Shown: positions 28,181 to 36,143 of the stretch, piece by piece
Layout of the letters: the number at the start of each line of letters is the position of its first letter
How positions within the stretch are numbered: position 1 is the first letter of the stretch
Source: an uncultured Sedimenticola sp.
Lineage (GTDB): Bacteria; Pseudomonadota; Gammaproteobacteria; Chromatiales; Chromatiaceae
Assembly: GCA_964544655.1 (NCBI GenBank)
Contig: CAZJCM010000003.1
Coordinates: 9,317 to 73,316, forward strand
Length of the DNA: 64,000 nt
Reading direction: 5' to 3'
Notes under the pieces: model-generated
Databases searched by the model: none
What the model was told of the DNA's origin: nothing
The model's input: the letters and a program-made list of their open reading frames with translations, nothing else
Made by a program: the position numbers and the translations under genes

Positions 28181-29037
28181 TGAGATGGTTCCCCAGTGGC
28201 GACACTGAACTGATCACCCTCCAGCCAGCGGATGGCGCCGGTAGGACAGCGGCGGGTGGCGGCTTCACTCACCACGAGGCCGGCCCCGTAATCGATACGG
28301 GGCAGATTGTCCCGCATTTCAATCAGCCCGGGCGTGGCGTCAGCGGCGCAACGCCCGCAGGCATCGCAAGCCACCGTGCAGAGGGCCACCGCCGCCTCTC
28401 CGTCCAGCGGGGTATTGCATTGCACGAACAGCTTCTGGCTGATGGGCACCACTTCGAACAGATCCTTGGGACAGGCCTCGACACAGTCGTTGCAGGCGGT
28501 GCAGTTCTCCGTGTCGACTTGAGGCAGCCCGTTGGCGTTCATCTGAATCACGTCGAAGGTGCAGGCAATGGCACAGTCACCCAGGCCCAGGCAACCCCAG
28601 GAGCAGCCCTTGCCGCCCCCCGAGACCACCGCCGCCGCCCGGCAGCTCTCGAACCCCTGGTATTCGGCAATCTGGTACGCCTGCCCCTGGCCGCCGGCAC
28701 AATGCAGCCGCGCCACCCGCTTCACCTGCTCGCCGGCGTCGACGCCGAGGAAATCGGCAATTGCCTGGATGGTATCCGCATCGGCCACGGTGCAGCCGCT
28801 GGGCTGCACCTCGCCCTTCACCAGGGCCTCGGCAAAAGGCATACAGCCGGGCTCGCCGCAGGCACCACAGTTGGTTCCCGGCAACAGCTCCTCGGTCCGC
28901 TCCAGGCGCGGGTCCTCCTCCACCTTCAGCAGCTTGTAGGCCACCGCCAGGATGATGCCGAAGAACAGCCCCAGCCCGGTCATTACCGCGGGGGCGGTGA
29001 AAAATGAACCCAGATCAGGCAATGTGATAAACCCCAC
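28177..29037 (-). CDS. RnfB-like membrane-anchored polyferredoxin
   Basis: N-terminal TM helix 'VMTGLGLFFGIILAVAYKLL'. RnfB-type 'GTNCGACGEPGCMPFAEAL...GC' cluster motif, then 'CSWGCLGLGDCAIAC', 'CTACNDCVEACP', 'CDACGRCAADA'. GTG start at 29037. Confidence 0.82.
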   Translation of the reverse strand: MGFITLPDLGSFFTAPAVMTGLGLFFGIILAVAYKLLKVEEDPRLERTEELLPGTNCGACGEPGCMPFAEALVKGEVQPSGCTVADADTIQAIADFLGVDAGEQVKRVARLHCAGGQGQAYQIAEYQGFESCRAAAVVSGGGKGCSWGCLGLGDCAIACTFDVIQMNANGLPQVDTENCTACNDCVEACPKDLFEVVPISQKLFVQCNTPLDGEAAVALCTVACDACGRCAADATPGLIEMRDNLPRIDYGAGLVVSEAATRRCPTGAIRWLEGDQFSVATGEPSQ

Positions 29038-29060
29038 AACAGATACTAGAATACGGATCC

Positions 29061-31562
29061 TTAATTAAAAGCCGCCGCCCGTTCCAGCAACTCATCGATA
29101 CCATCCTCATTCGGGTTGAGTGGCTTGCCCGGATGGATACATTTCGACGGGCAGATCTCCGCCGCCTCCACCAGCTGAAGATAGGTGCCGGCACTGGCAT
29201 CGGCGATGATGGCCTGGTTGTTCTCGTTGTAGACGAACATGATCGGGTTGATCGCCAGACAGTCGTTGCAGCTGGTGCAGAGGGGGCTGTCGATCCACGG
29301 CTCATCGAAGCCGACGGCATCCTCATCCTCTTCCTCCACCTCTTCAGGCTCCTGCGCCGCCTCTCCTCCGCCCTCTGCCGCCGTCCGTTCCGCAGCAGGC
29401 GCGGCAGGAGCCGATATCGGCGCCCGTGGGGCGCCGGTGCTGAAGTCCATGCCCATCAACACCTCGGTAAGCCGCCCCATCACCTCTCCAGCGGCCTCCG
29501 CCCGGGCCTGGGCCAACGCTTCCTCATGTTGTGCCTCCAGCTGGGCGATGCGCGACGCCGCCTCGGCGGCAGCCTCATCCCTGACCTGGGCCACCGCCTG
29601 CTCGACATAGCGGTTGCGCACGCCCCCCATCTCCTGCAGGGTATGCCAGAAGCTGAGCCGGTCACGACAGGCATTGACCAGCGTACGGCTGACCACCAGC
29701 TGTTGCAGGGTGCCGTATTTGTCCACCCCCCAGACGAATGGCAGGTATTGGAGCGCCTCTTCCTGAGACAACGCCAGATAGTCGGCGATCGGGATCAGAT
29801 CATCGGATTCACAGACCACCGGCACCTGGGCAAAGTGATCGAACAGCCGCGGCATCAGCAGCGCATAGTCGGCAAAGGTGAAGGCCAGTTCGCTTTCCAC
29901 CGGGGCGCCGCTCTCATCCTGATAACGAAACGGATGCAGCGGCCAGTCGCGCTCAGGTTGTGGGTTGCCGGTGAAATCCATGCGCTCGGCAAATGAATCA
30001 CCGCGGGATGGATCCACCCGGAAGAAGGGGTGAACGCGCCCTTCCAGGGCCGCACCGGCGACCAACCAGGCATTGAGAGCCGTCTCGGTCCCTACGGTCT
30101 TCAGCCCGGTGTTGATCAGATGCAGGCTGGTGCGGGTGGCATCCAGCGCTTCGATATAGCCCTGCAGCAGATGTTCATGGCGCGCCGCCGAGGTCTGAGC
30201 CACGAAGGCCTGGCGATGGGCGATGCCCAGATAACCCAGCTCGGTACGAAACGCCTGAAACGGGTCCTCATCATGGCGTGCACCCGGGTTATGGTGAGCC
30301 TGGACCCGTACCATCACCTGTATCGGCCGGCCGGAATTGAGCAGGCGGGAAAAATCGGACATCCCTTCACCGGCCATCCGATCCGCCCCTTCCAGTGCAA
30401 TCACGGTAGGCACCAGGCGGATCTCGTCCTTGGAGAAGCCTTCCCAGTTGAAGCTGTCGAACCAGGGGTCGTGGATCGAGGGGTCATACAGGTCATCCCG
30501 CTCCAGATGAGCGATGCGCAGAGCGGCGAATACCTGCGCCAGCTTCTCCGCCTTGCGATCGAACAGGGCCGTTGCCTGGGCGACCGGGTTAGGATCGGTC
30601 AGGGCCTCGAAGTCGGAGTGGCCCTGCAGCCAGCTGTCATCGGCCAGGCTCCCGGAATGGATGAAGCGCACCCGCACAGGACCCTCCTGGTACGCCTGCA
30701 GGGTCGCCAGGGCCTGCTCCACCCGGCGGCGCCTGGATTCAGGCATGCGTACCGAACCATGGGAATGGTCCATGATGTCGGACAGCGCCTCCGGATCCAG
30801 CAGATCGGCCGCTGCGCCGACACTCTCCTGGAGCCGGGCCGGTTCGATAGCCTCCAACGATTTGCCTCGTTCCACCTCCAGCAGCCGGCTCAGATCGCGG
30901 ATGCCTTCATCGACCTGGGCGCGGAAGCGGGCCAGGCGGGGAGCCGAGAGGCTGCGCACCACATGGATCAGCAGCTGGATTGCCGGATAATGGCCGTAAC
31001 CCAGCAACTGTCCCGCTTCCGGCACCTGTTCCAGCAGGCGATCCAGATCGGCCCGCAGTTTGGCGCTGTTCTCCTCGTCCAGCGCCAACTGTGACAACAG
31101 CCGGTCTGCGGATTCACGCAACAGGGGTAACGCGGGAACCGGTCCCTCCACCGCCTCCAGTTCATCCTCGCCACCCAACTGGCGCCGCAGGTCCCGTTCC
31201 AACCAGGGCAGGTTATCCTTCAGAATCCTGGCCGCCTCATCAGCCGGGGCAAACTGCTCAACTGCTTCACGCAGAAAACGGGACAGCGGCCGGGCCAACC
31301 GGTCCGGTTCGATCGCTTCGGACTGCTCCGGCGCCGGCGCCAGGTAGAGCGGATACTCATAACGCAATCTGCTGCTGTCACGAAACGGGTCCATCAGCAC
31401 CGGCAGAGTGTCGCGCGCTACCGGCTCCAGCTTGTCCCGAGCTTCTGGGTTTCCCAGATGAAAATGCCGCAGAGTATGCATGATCTCTTTGGAGACATCG
31501 GCATCCTTCACTGCGGTTGGCAGGGTGGGCAAGGGTCCTTCAGTTTGGACTGTGGCGTTCAT
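29061..31562 (-). CDS. 833-aa protein: uncharacterised N-terminal half, PFOR domain-VI-like core, acidic linker and C-terminal single-cluster ferredoxin domain
   Basis: The core aligns by eye to the C-terminus of the neighbouring 1522-aa protein (see findings). C-terminus 'EPEEVEEEDEDAVGFDEPWIDSPLCTSCNDCLAINP....EICPSKCIHPG'. Confidence 0.75.
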   Translation of the reverse strand: MNATVQTEGPLPTLPTAVKDADVSKEIMHTLRHFHLGNPEARDKLEPVARDTLPVLMDPFRDSSRLRYEYPLYLAPAPEQSEAIEPDRLARPLSRFLREAVEQFAPADEAARILKDNLPWLERDLRRQLGGEDELEAVEGPVPALPLLRESADRLLSQLALDEENSAKLRADLDRLLEQVPEAGQLLGYGHYPAIQLLIHVVRSLSAPRLARFRAQVDEGIRDLSRLLEVERGKSLEAIEPARLQESVGAAADLLDPEALSDIMDHSHGSVRMPESRRRRVEQALATLQAYQEGPVRVRFIHSGSLADDSWLQGHSDFEALTDPNPVAQATALFDRKAEKLAQVFAALRIAHLERDDLYDPSIHDPWFDSFNWEGFSKDEIRLVPTVIALEGADRMAGEGMSDFSRLLNSGRPIQVMVRVQAHHNPGARHDEDPFQAFRTELGYLGIAHRQAFVAQTSAARHEHLLQGYIEALDATRTSLHLINTGLKTVGTETALNAWLVAGAALEGRVHPFFRVDPSRGDSFAERMDFTGNPQPERDWPLHPFRYQDESGAPVESELAFTFADYALLMPRLFDHFAQVPVVCESDDLIPIADYLALSQEEALQYLPFVWGVDKYGTLQQLVVSRTLVNACRDRLSFWHTLQEMGGVRNRYVEQAVAQVRDEAAAEAASRIAQLEAQHEEALAQARAEAAGEVMGRLTEVLMGMDFSTGAPRAPISAPAAPAAERTAAEGGGEAAQEPEEVEEEDEDAVGFDEPWIDSPLCTSCNDCLAINPIMFVYNENNQAIIADASAGTYLQLVEAAEICPSKCIHPGKPLNPNEDGIDELLERAAAFN

Positions 31563-31705
31563 CGGTATCTGTGTAAGGGTAAGGGCTAAGCACTGAGGGC
31601 AACGGCCGGAGGTGGTGGCTTACGCCCCCCCGCGCCTCTCCCCCTGGGGTCCGTTGGACAGATCCGGACCCACACGAATTCAACTCCTGACGGATTCTCT
31701 CCCGA

Positions 31706-32659
31706 TCAAATAGCGAACTTGTCCAGCGCCGCGTTGATCGCAGCCAGCTTCTCCGCGTTGGTCTTGTCCAGACCCTGGGAGGAGATGTCGTCATAGACTA
31801 TGGCATCATCGTCACGATAGAGCAGACCCACGGGGACCTGGCTGGTATCGCGGGCGATCTCCATCGCCCCCAGCCAGTCGGACGGGTCATGCTCACGCTG
31901 ATTCTCGAACACCCGCTTCACGCTGTCGTCTACCGGAATTCCATCCTCGTGATGCAGCAGTAGAATCCGGGAGGCGTCTTCCTGCAGCGGCTTGCAAAAG
32001 GAGTCCGAGAACACCGGGCATCGCTGGATGATACGCACGAAACTGGTCCCCTTGTGCTGATGGGCCGCCTTGATGGTCTCGTAGAGCATGGGCGGGTTCC
32101 AGTCCACCACCTGGGCCACGAAGGAGATGTTGCTCACACCCAAGGTCACGGTCAGTGGATTCAGGGCCGGCAGGGGCGCCCCGTGCGGATGGGTGTTGGT
32201 GGTCATCCCCGATGGACTGGTGGGCGAGGTCTGTTTCTTGGTGAGGCCATAGATGGCGTTATCGAACACCAACACCACCATATCCATGTTGTAGCGCAAC
32301 GCATGCACCCAGGGACCGGCGCCGATGGAGAAGCAGTCGCCATCACCGGTGGCCACCCATACGTCCAGATCGGGACGCCGCGCCTTGACCCCGTTGGCCA
32401 GGGGCAGCGCACGGCCATGCAGACCATGGAAGCCGTATGTACCCATGTAGTGGGGCAACCGACTGGAACATCCAATGCCGGAGACGGCCACCGTCTGCTC
32501 CGGTGGCAGCTGGGCGTCGCGCAGCACCCGATGCACGGTGTTGAGTACGGCGAAGTCCCCGCAGCCGGGGCACCAGCGGGCCTCGCCGCCAGCATAGTCG
32601 CCGAGGGTGAAATAACGTTCGAATACGTCGAGGGACCAGTCCGCTTTCAATCCAAACAT
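31706..32659 (-). CDS. korB: 2-oxoglutarate:ferredoxin oxidoreductase beta (TPP-binding) subunit
   Basis: 'WCPGCGDFAVL', 'GIGCSSR', TPP motif 'VATGDGDCFSIG...DNAIYGLTKKQ'. ATG at 32659 with AGAGGA upstream; the track TTG at 32677 overlaps the korA stop. Substrate is assigned from rTCA context only. Confidence 0.85.
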   Translation of the reverse strand: MFGLKADWSLDVFERYFTLGDYAGGEARWCPGCGDFAVLNTVHRVLRDAQLPPEQTVAVSGIGCSSRLPHYMGTYGFHGLHGRALPLANGVKARRPDLDVWVATGDGDCFSIGAGPWVHALRYNMDMVVLVFDNAIYGLTKKQTSPTSPSGMTTNTHPHGAPLPALNPLTVTLGVSNISFVAQVVDWNPPMLYETIKAAHQHKGTSFVRIIQRCPVFSDSFCKPLQEDASRILLLHHEDGIPVDDSVKRVFENQREHDPSDWLGAMEIARDTSQVPVGLLYRDDDAIVYDDISSQGLDKTNAEKLAAINAALDKFAI

Positions 32660-32673
32660 ATATGGGTTCCTCT

Positions 32674-34584
32674 TCAATTGTTCAGGGCGTTCAGCTTTTC
32701 GCTGATCGCATCGTAGAGCATGCCCGGCTGCAGCGGGTGACCGTAGACCACCGACCAGCAGTCGACATCGACCAGGGTCTGAGCCCGCAGCACCATGGCA
32801 AGCTGAGCATAGCGCCGGTTCTCGTTGGTGATCAGGGGAGCGTCGGCGCGATCGCTGTAATTGATCTCCACCGTCATCACCTTCTTGAAGCGGCTGAAGA
32901 TCTCCGGCAATCCGGGCTCCAGGGGTGACAGGAAGTGCAGATGCAGCGAGGAGACCCGCTTGCCCTCATCACGCAGGAGGTCCACCGCTTCTTCGATGGC
33001 ACCAAGGGTGGAGCCCCAACCCACCACCAGCAGGTCACCCTCCTGATCGCCGTGCACTTTCGGCGGCTTCAGGGTCTTGTGCAGTGCTGCCAGCTTGCGG
33101 CTGCGATACTCCATGCTGCGCTGATTGGTGTCGGAATCGTAGGCCACCTTGCTGCGATGGGTGTGGGCCAGACCGGTGAGTACGTATTCACCGCCCCGCT
33201 GACCCGGGATCGGACGTTGGGAGAGCCCGGTCTCCTCGTTCCAGTCATAGGCCGGGACCTCCGGATCCCAGGGTGACTGATCCACCGGGGCGCCCAGCCA
33301 CTCCTCTTTCAGCTCAGGACGGGGGTAAGGCTGCACGCCGGTGGCGAGATTGGCATCGGTGAGCATGATCACCGGGATGCGGAACGCCTCTGCCAGCTTG
33401 CGCGCCAGAATCACATAATGGAAACACTCCTCGATGGTCGAGGGCGCGATCACCACCTTGGGCGCATCACCGGGTTCGCCATAGAGGGATGAGAGCAGAT
33501 CCGCCTGCTCCACCTTGGTCGGCAGTCCGGTCGAAGGCCCACCCCGTTGCACATCGACGATGACGATGGGTATCTCCGCCATCACCGCCAGACCGATCAT
33601 CTCGGTCTTCAGCGCCATACCGGGTCCGGAGGTGATGGTGCAGGCGGTTTTGCCGGCGAACGAGGCGCCGAGGGCAAAGCCGATGGCCGCGATCTCATCC
33701 TCAGCCTGATGCACGAACCCCCCCACACCGTCGAATACGTCAGCGATATAGTGGGAAGCGGAGGTGGCCGGTGTGATGGGGTACATGGAAACCAGTTCCA
33801 TGCCCGCCGCCATCACGCCGAGGCCGACCGCCTGGTTACCGTTGCTGATCATCATCGGCCGGCTGTGGCCAGTCTCCTGGGGCGGGATCTCCCAGTGGTA
33901 TTGCACATTTTCCGCGGCGAAGCGGTAACCGGCATCGAACAGGTCATGGTTGACCTGGATCACCTTCTCCCCCTTGCGGGCGAAGGTGCTGGCGATCTCT
34001 TTCTTCGCCAGTTCCACATCACGGCTGTAGATGTTGCAGATCATGCCGAGCACGAACATGTTCTTGCCCCGGCGCGGATTGGATACCAGCTTCAGGCACT
34101 CCTCCTCCAGCGGCAGTTCATGCACGATCAGACCGTGTTCCTGGAACTCCTTCACCGCCGCGGCGTATTGCTCACGGATCTTCTCTTGGGGATCCGTGGC
34201 CCATTTGTTCTCCAGCAACACGATGGTGCCCTTCTTGTAGGCGCCATTGGCGATACGCGAAAACAGCACCTGCTCATTGAAGGCCACCACCAGATCGGCC
34301 TCGTTACCCATATTCGTGACCCGCTTGGAGCCCAGCCTGATACGGATGCCACTGGCACCGGCCGGTGAACGGGCCGGCGGCTGGATCTCGGCCGGGATGA
34401 TCTCGACCGTCCACACCCCATTCCCCATCTTGCCGCTGACGGCACCGAAGGTCTGTCCACACTTCTGTGCGCCTTCACCCGAATCGCTGACGATCTCGAC
34501 GATATGTTCCGGGATGCGCTGAGCGGCACCCGTGCGTTCTTCCATGCGAACGACGTTGTTGCTTTGCTCTGTTTGTTGCGTCAT
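32674..34584 (-). CDS. korA: 2-oxoglutarate:ferredoxin oxidoreductase alpha subunit (fused alpha/gamma type)
   Basis: 'IVSDSGEGAQKCGQTFG' (gamma-like domain), 'GNQAVGLGVMAAGMELVSMYPITPATS', 'AEDEIAAIGFALGASFAGKTACTITSGPGMALK'. Start at 'MTQQTEQ' with AGGAAGG upstream. Confidence 0.88.
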   Translation of the reverse strand: MTQQTEQSNNVVRMEERTGAAQRIPEHIVEIVSDSGEGAQKCGQTFGAVSGKMGNGVWTVEIIPAEIQPPARSPAGASGIRIRLGSKRVTNMGNEADLVVAFNEQVLFSRIANGAYKKGTIVLLENKWATDPQEKIREQYAAAVKEFQEHGLIVHELPLEEECLKLVSNPRRGKNMFVLGMICNIYSRDVELAKKEIASTFARKGEKVIQVNHDLFDAGYRFAAENVQYHWEIPPQETGHSRPMMISNGNQAVGLGVMAAGMELVSMYPITPATSASHYIADVFDGVGGFVHQAEDEIAAIGFALGASFAGKTACTITSGPGMALKTEMIGLAVMAEIPIVIVDVQRGGPSTGLPTKVEQADLLSSLYGEPGDAPKVVIAPSTIEECFHYVILARKLAEAFRIPVIMLTDANLATGVQPYPRPELKEEWLGAPVDQSPWDPEVPAYDWNEETGLSQRPIPGQRGGEYVLTGLAHTHRSKVAYDSDTNQRSMEYRSRKLAALHKTLKPPKVHGDQEGDLLVVGWGSTLGAIEEAVDLLRDEGKRVSSLHLHFLSPLEPGLPEIFSRFKKVMTVEINYSDRADAPLITNENRRYAQLAMVLRAQTLVDVDCWSVVYGHPLQPGMLYDAISEKLNALNN

Positions 34585-34625
34585 GGGCCTTCCTGTTGAA
34601 GCTGTCCGGATCGGGATAAACGTCT

Positions 34626-34647
34626 CCGGGAGACCGGAGTCTCCCGG
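34626..34647 (-). promoter_or_regulatory. Perfect 9-bp stem-loop in the korA leader
   Basis: CCGGGAGAC-cgga-GTCTCCCGG, 42-63 nt upstream of the korA ATG. An additional GTCTCC copy (34622-34627) gives an A-A'-A arrangement. Confidence 0.55.
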
Positions 34648-34741
34648 CAAAGATCCGGGGAAATTCTGCTTGATCTACCGGTAAAAACCGGGCCAAAACC
34701 ACCCGCTGGCTTCGGCGTGGAGACAATCATTCGAGCGTCAG

Positions 34742-34770
34742 ACTATGGCAAAGGGGGGGCCGACGGTCAA
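34742..34770 (-). promoter_or_regulatory. Candidate sigma70 promoter for korAB
   Basis: The minus strand reads TTGACC-17 nt-CATAGT. The spacer contains a C7 run. Prediction by eye only. Confidence 0.3.
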
Positions 34771-34883
34771 ATCCCCACCCCTTGAATGGGAGTACAGTTC
34801 CCGCATAATGCCGCTAATTAAACCGATGATAGCGACAGATAACGAATATTCTCTGCATATTTTAGAACGTTAACCATTACTGA

Positions 34884-36131
34884 TCAGCCTCCGATCGCCT
34901 GCTCATATTCATCCATAAAGTGGTATAGGGAGCTGTCCAACACCTTTACCGCCCCATCCAGTAGATGGCAGCGCCCGGTGCCGGGGAGGATCCGGCACAG
35001 ATTGATCAGCGAATCCAGATCCGCCCGCGAACCCTGGCCGGTGTCGATCTTGCCCAGCAGCAGGGAGATATAATAAGTCCCGGTCTTGCAGGGCGGGCAC
35101 TGGCCGCAGGAGGAGGCGGCGAAGAAGTCCACATACTCGGTCACCCGCTTGACGATGCCGGTCCCCTCGGAGACCACGATCATGGCCCCCGTACCCAGGC
35201 TGGAGCGGCGCGCCTGCACCGAATCGAAATCCAGTGGCACGTCCAGATCCTCCGGCGTCAAAATGGTGTTGGAGGGACCACCGGTGAAAACAGCCTTCAA
35301 TTTCTTGCCCAGCAACATGCCGCCACCATACTGCTCGATCAGCTCGGACAACGGGGTACCCATGGGCAGTTCGTAGATCCCAGGGTAGAGCACATCACCG
35401 CTCAGGCAGTAGAGCTTGGTGCCACAGGCATCCCCCCGTCCCAGATTGCGATACCATTCAGCACCGTGACGAACGATATGGGGCAGGTTGGCCAGGGTCT
35501 CCATGTTGTTGATCAGGGTGGGATGGCCGTGCACGCCTGACTCGGCCGGATACGGCGGCTTGCCACGGGGGAAGGGGAATTTACCCTCCACTGACTCGAT
35601 GGCCGCCGTCTCCTCGCCGCCGATGTAATGGCCGGAGCTGGCCATCACCCAATACTCCAGAGGCTGATTCATACATTTACAGACGGCGAAATAGAGATCC
35701 GATTTCTCCCACTCCTCCACCGCCCTGAGCATCACATCCAGGGATTCCTTCTGATCCGGATTGATATAGAAAACGATATGATCGACGCCGGTGGCAAGGG
35801 CGGCGATGGTGGCCCCCTCAATCACCTGGAACGGGGTCTCCTGTAACAGGATGCGGTCCTTGAAGGTTCCCGGCTCATCCTCATTGCCGTTACAGATGAG
35901 ATACTTGGCCACCGCCTCACGCTGCGCCGCCACGAACGCCCACTTCTTATAGGTGGGAAAACCGCTGCCACCCAGCCCACGCAGACCCGCTTCCTGAATC
36001 AGGGAAATCAGGGCTTCCGGCTCCTGCAACGCGATCTGCAGCCCTTCACCACCATGATTGGCCAGCCAGGCATCGAAATCCGCGCCGACCCGGTTGTTTT
36101 CATGCAGCAGAACCTGATTCAGTACCGTCAT
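34884..36131 (-). CDS. NuoF-like NADH-binding FMN/[4Fe-4S] flavoprotein
   Basis: 'GLRGLGGSGFPTYKKW', 'ICNGNEDEPGTFKDR', 'GHYIGGEETAAIESVEGK', 'SCGQCPPCKTG....C'. Starts 12 nt downstream of the FrdA-like gene. Confidence 0.85.
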   Translation of the reverse strand: MTVLNQVLLHENNRVGADFDAWLANHGGEGLQIALQEPEALISLIQEAGLRGLGGSGFPTYKKWAFVAAQREAVAKYLICNGNEDEPGTFKDRILLQETPFQVIEGATIAALATGVDHIVFYINPDQKESLDVMLRAVEEWEKSDLYFAVCKCMNQPLEYWVMASSGHYIGGEETAAIESVEGKFPFPRGKPPYPAESGVHGHPTLINNMETLANLPHIVRHGAEWYRNLGRGDACGTKLYCLSGDVLYPGIYELPMGTPLSELIEQYGGGMLLGKKLKAVFTGGPSNTILTPEDLDVPLDFDSVQARRSSLGTGAMIVVSEGTGIVKRVTEYVDFFAASSCGQCPPCKTGTYYISLLLGKIDTGQGSRADLDSLINLCRILPGTGRCHLLDGAVKVLDSSLYHFMDEYEQAIGG

Positions 36132-36143
36132 GCCGTCGCTTCC

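Noticed and set aside
29055-29068. Adjacent BamHI (GGATCC) and PacI (TTAATTAA) sites, which look like a synthetic cloning linker
   Set aside because: TTAATTAA is simply the last codons ...Phe-Asn-stop (TTT AAT TAA) of the 833-aa gene read on the minus strand. There are no other vector-like features, and the flanking genes are intact and coupled.
34753-34759. G7/C7 run in the spacer of the candidate korA promoter, a possible phase-variable promoter
   Set aside because: The tract is too short, and the promoter itself is only a by-eye prediction.
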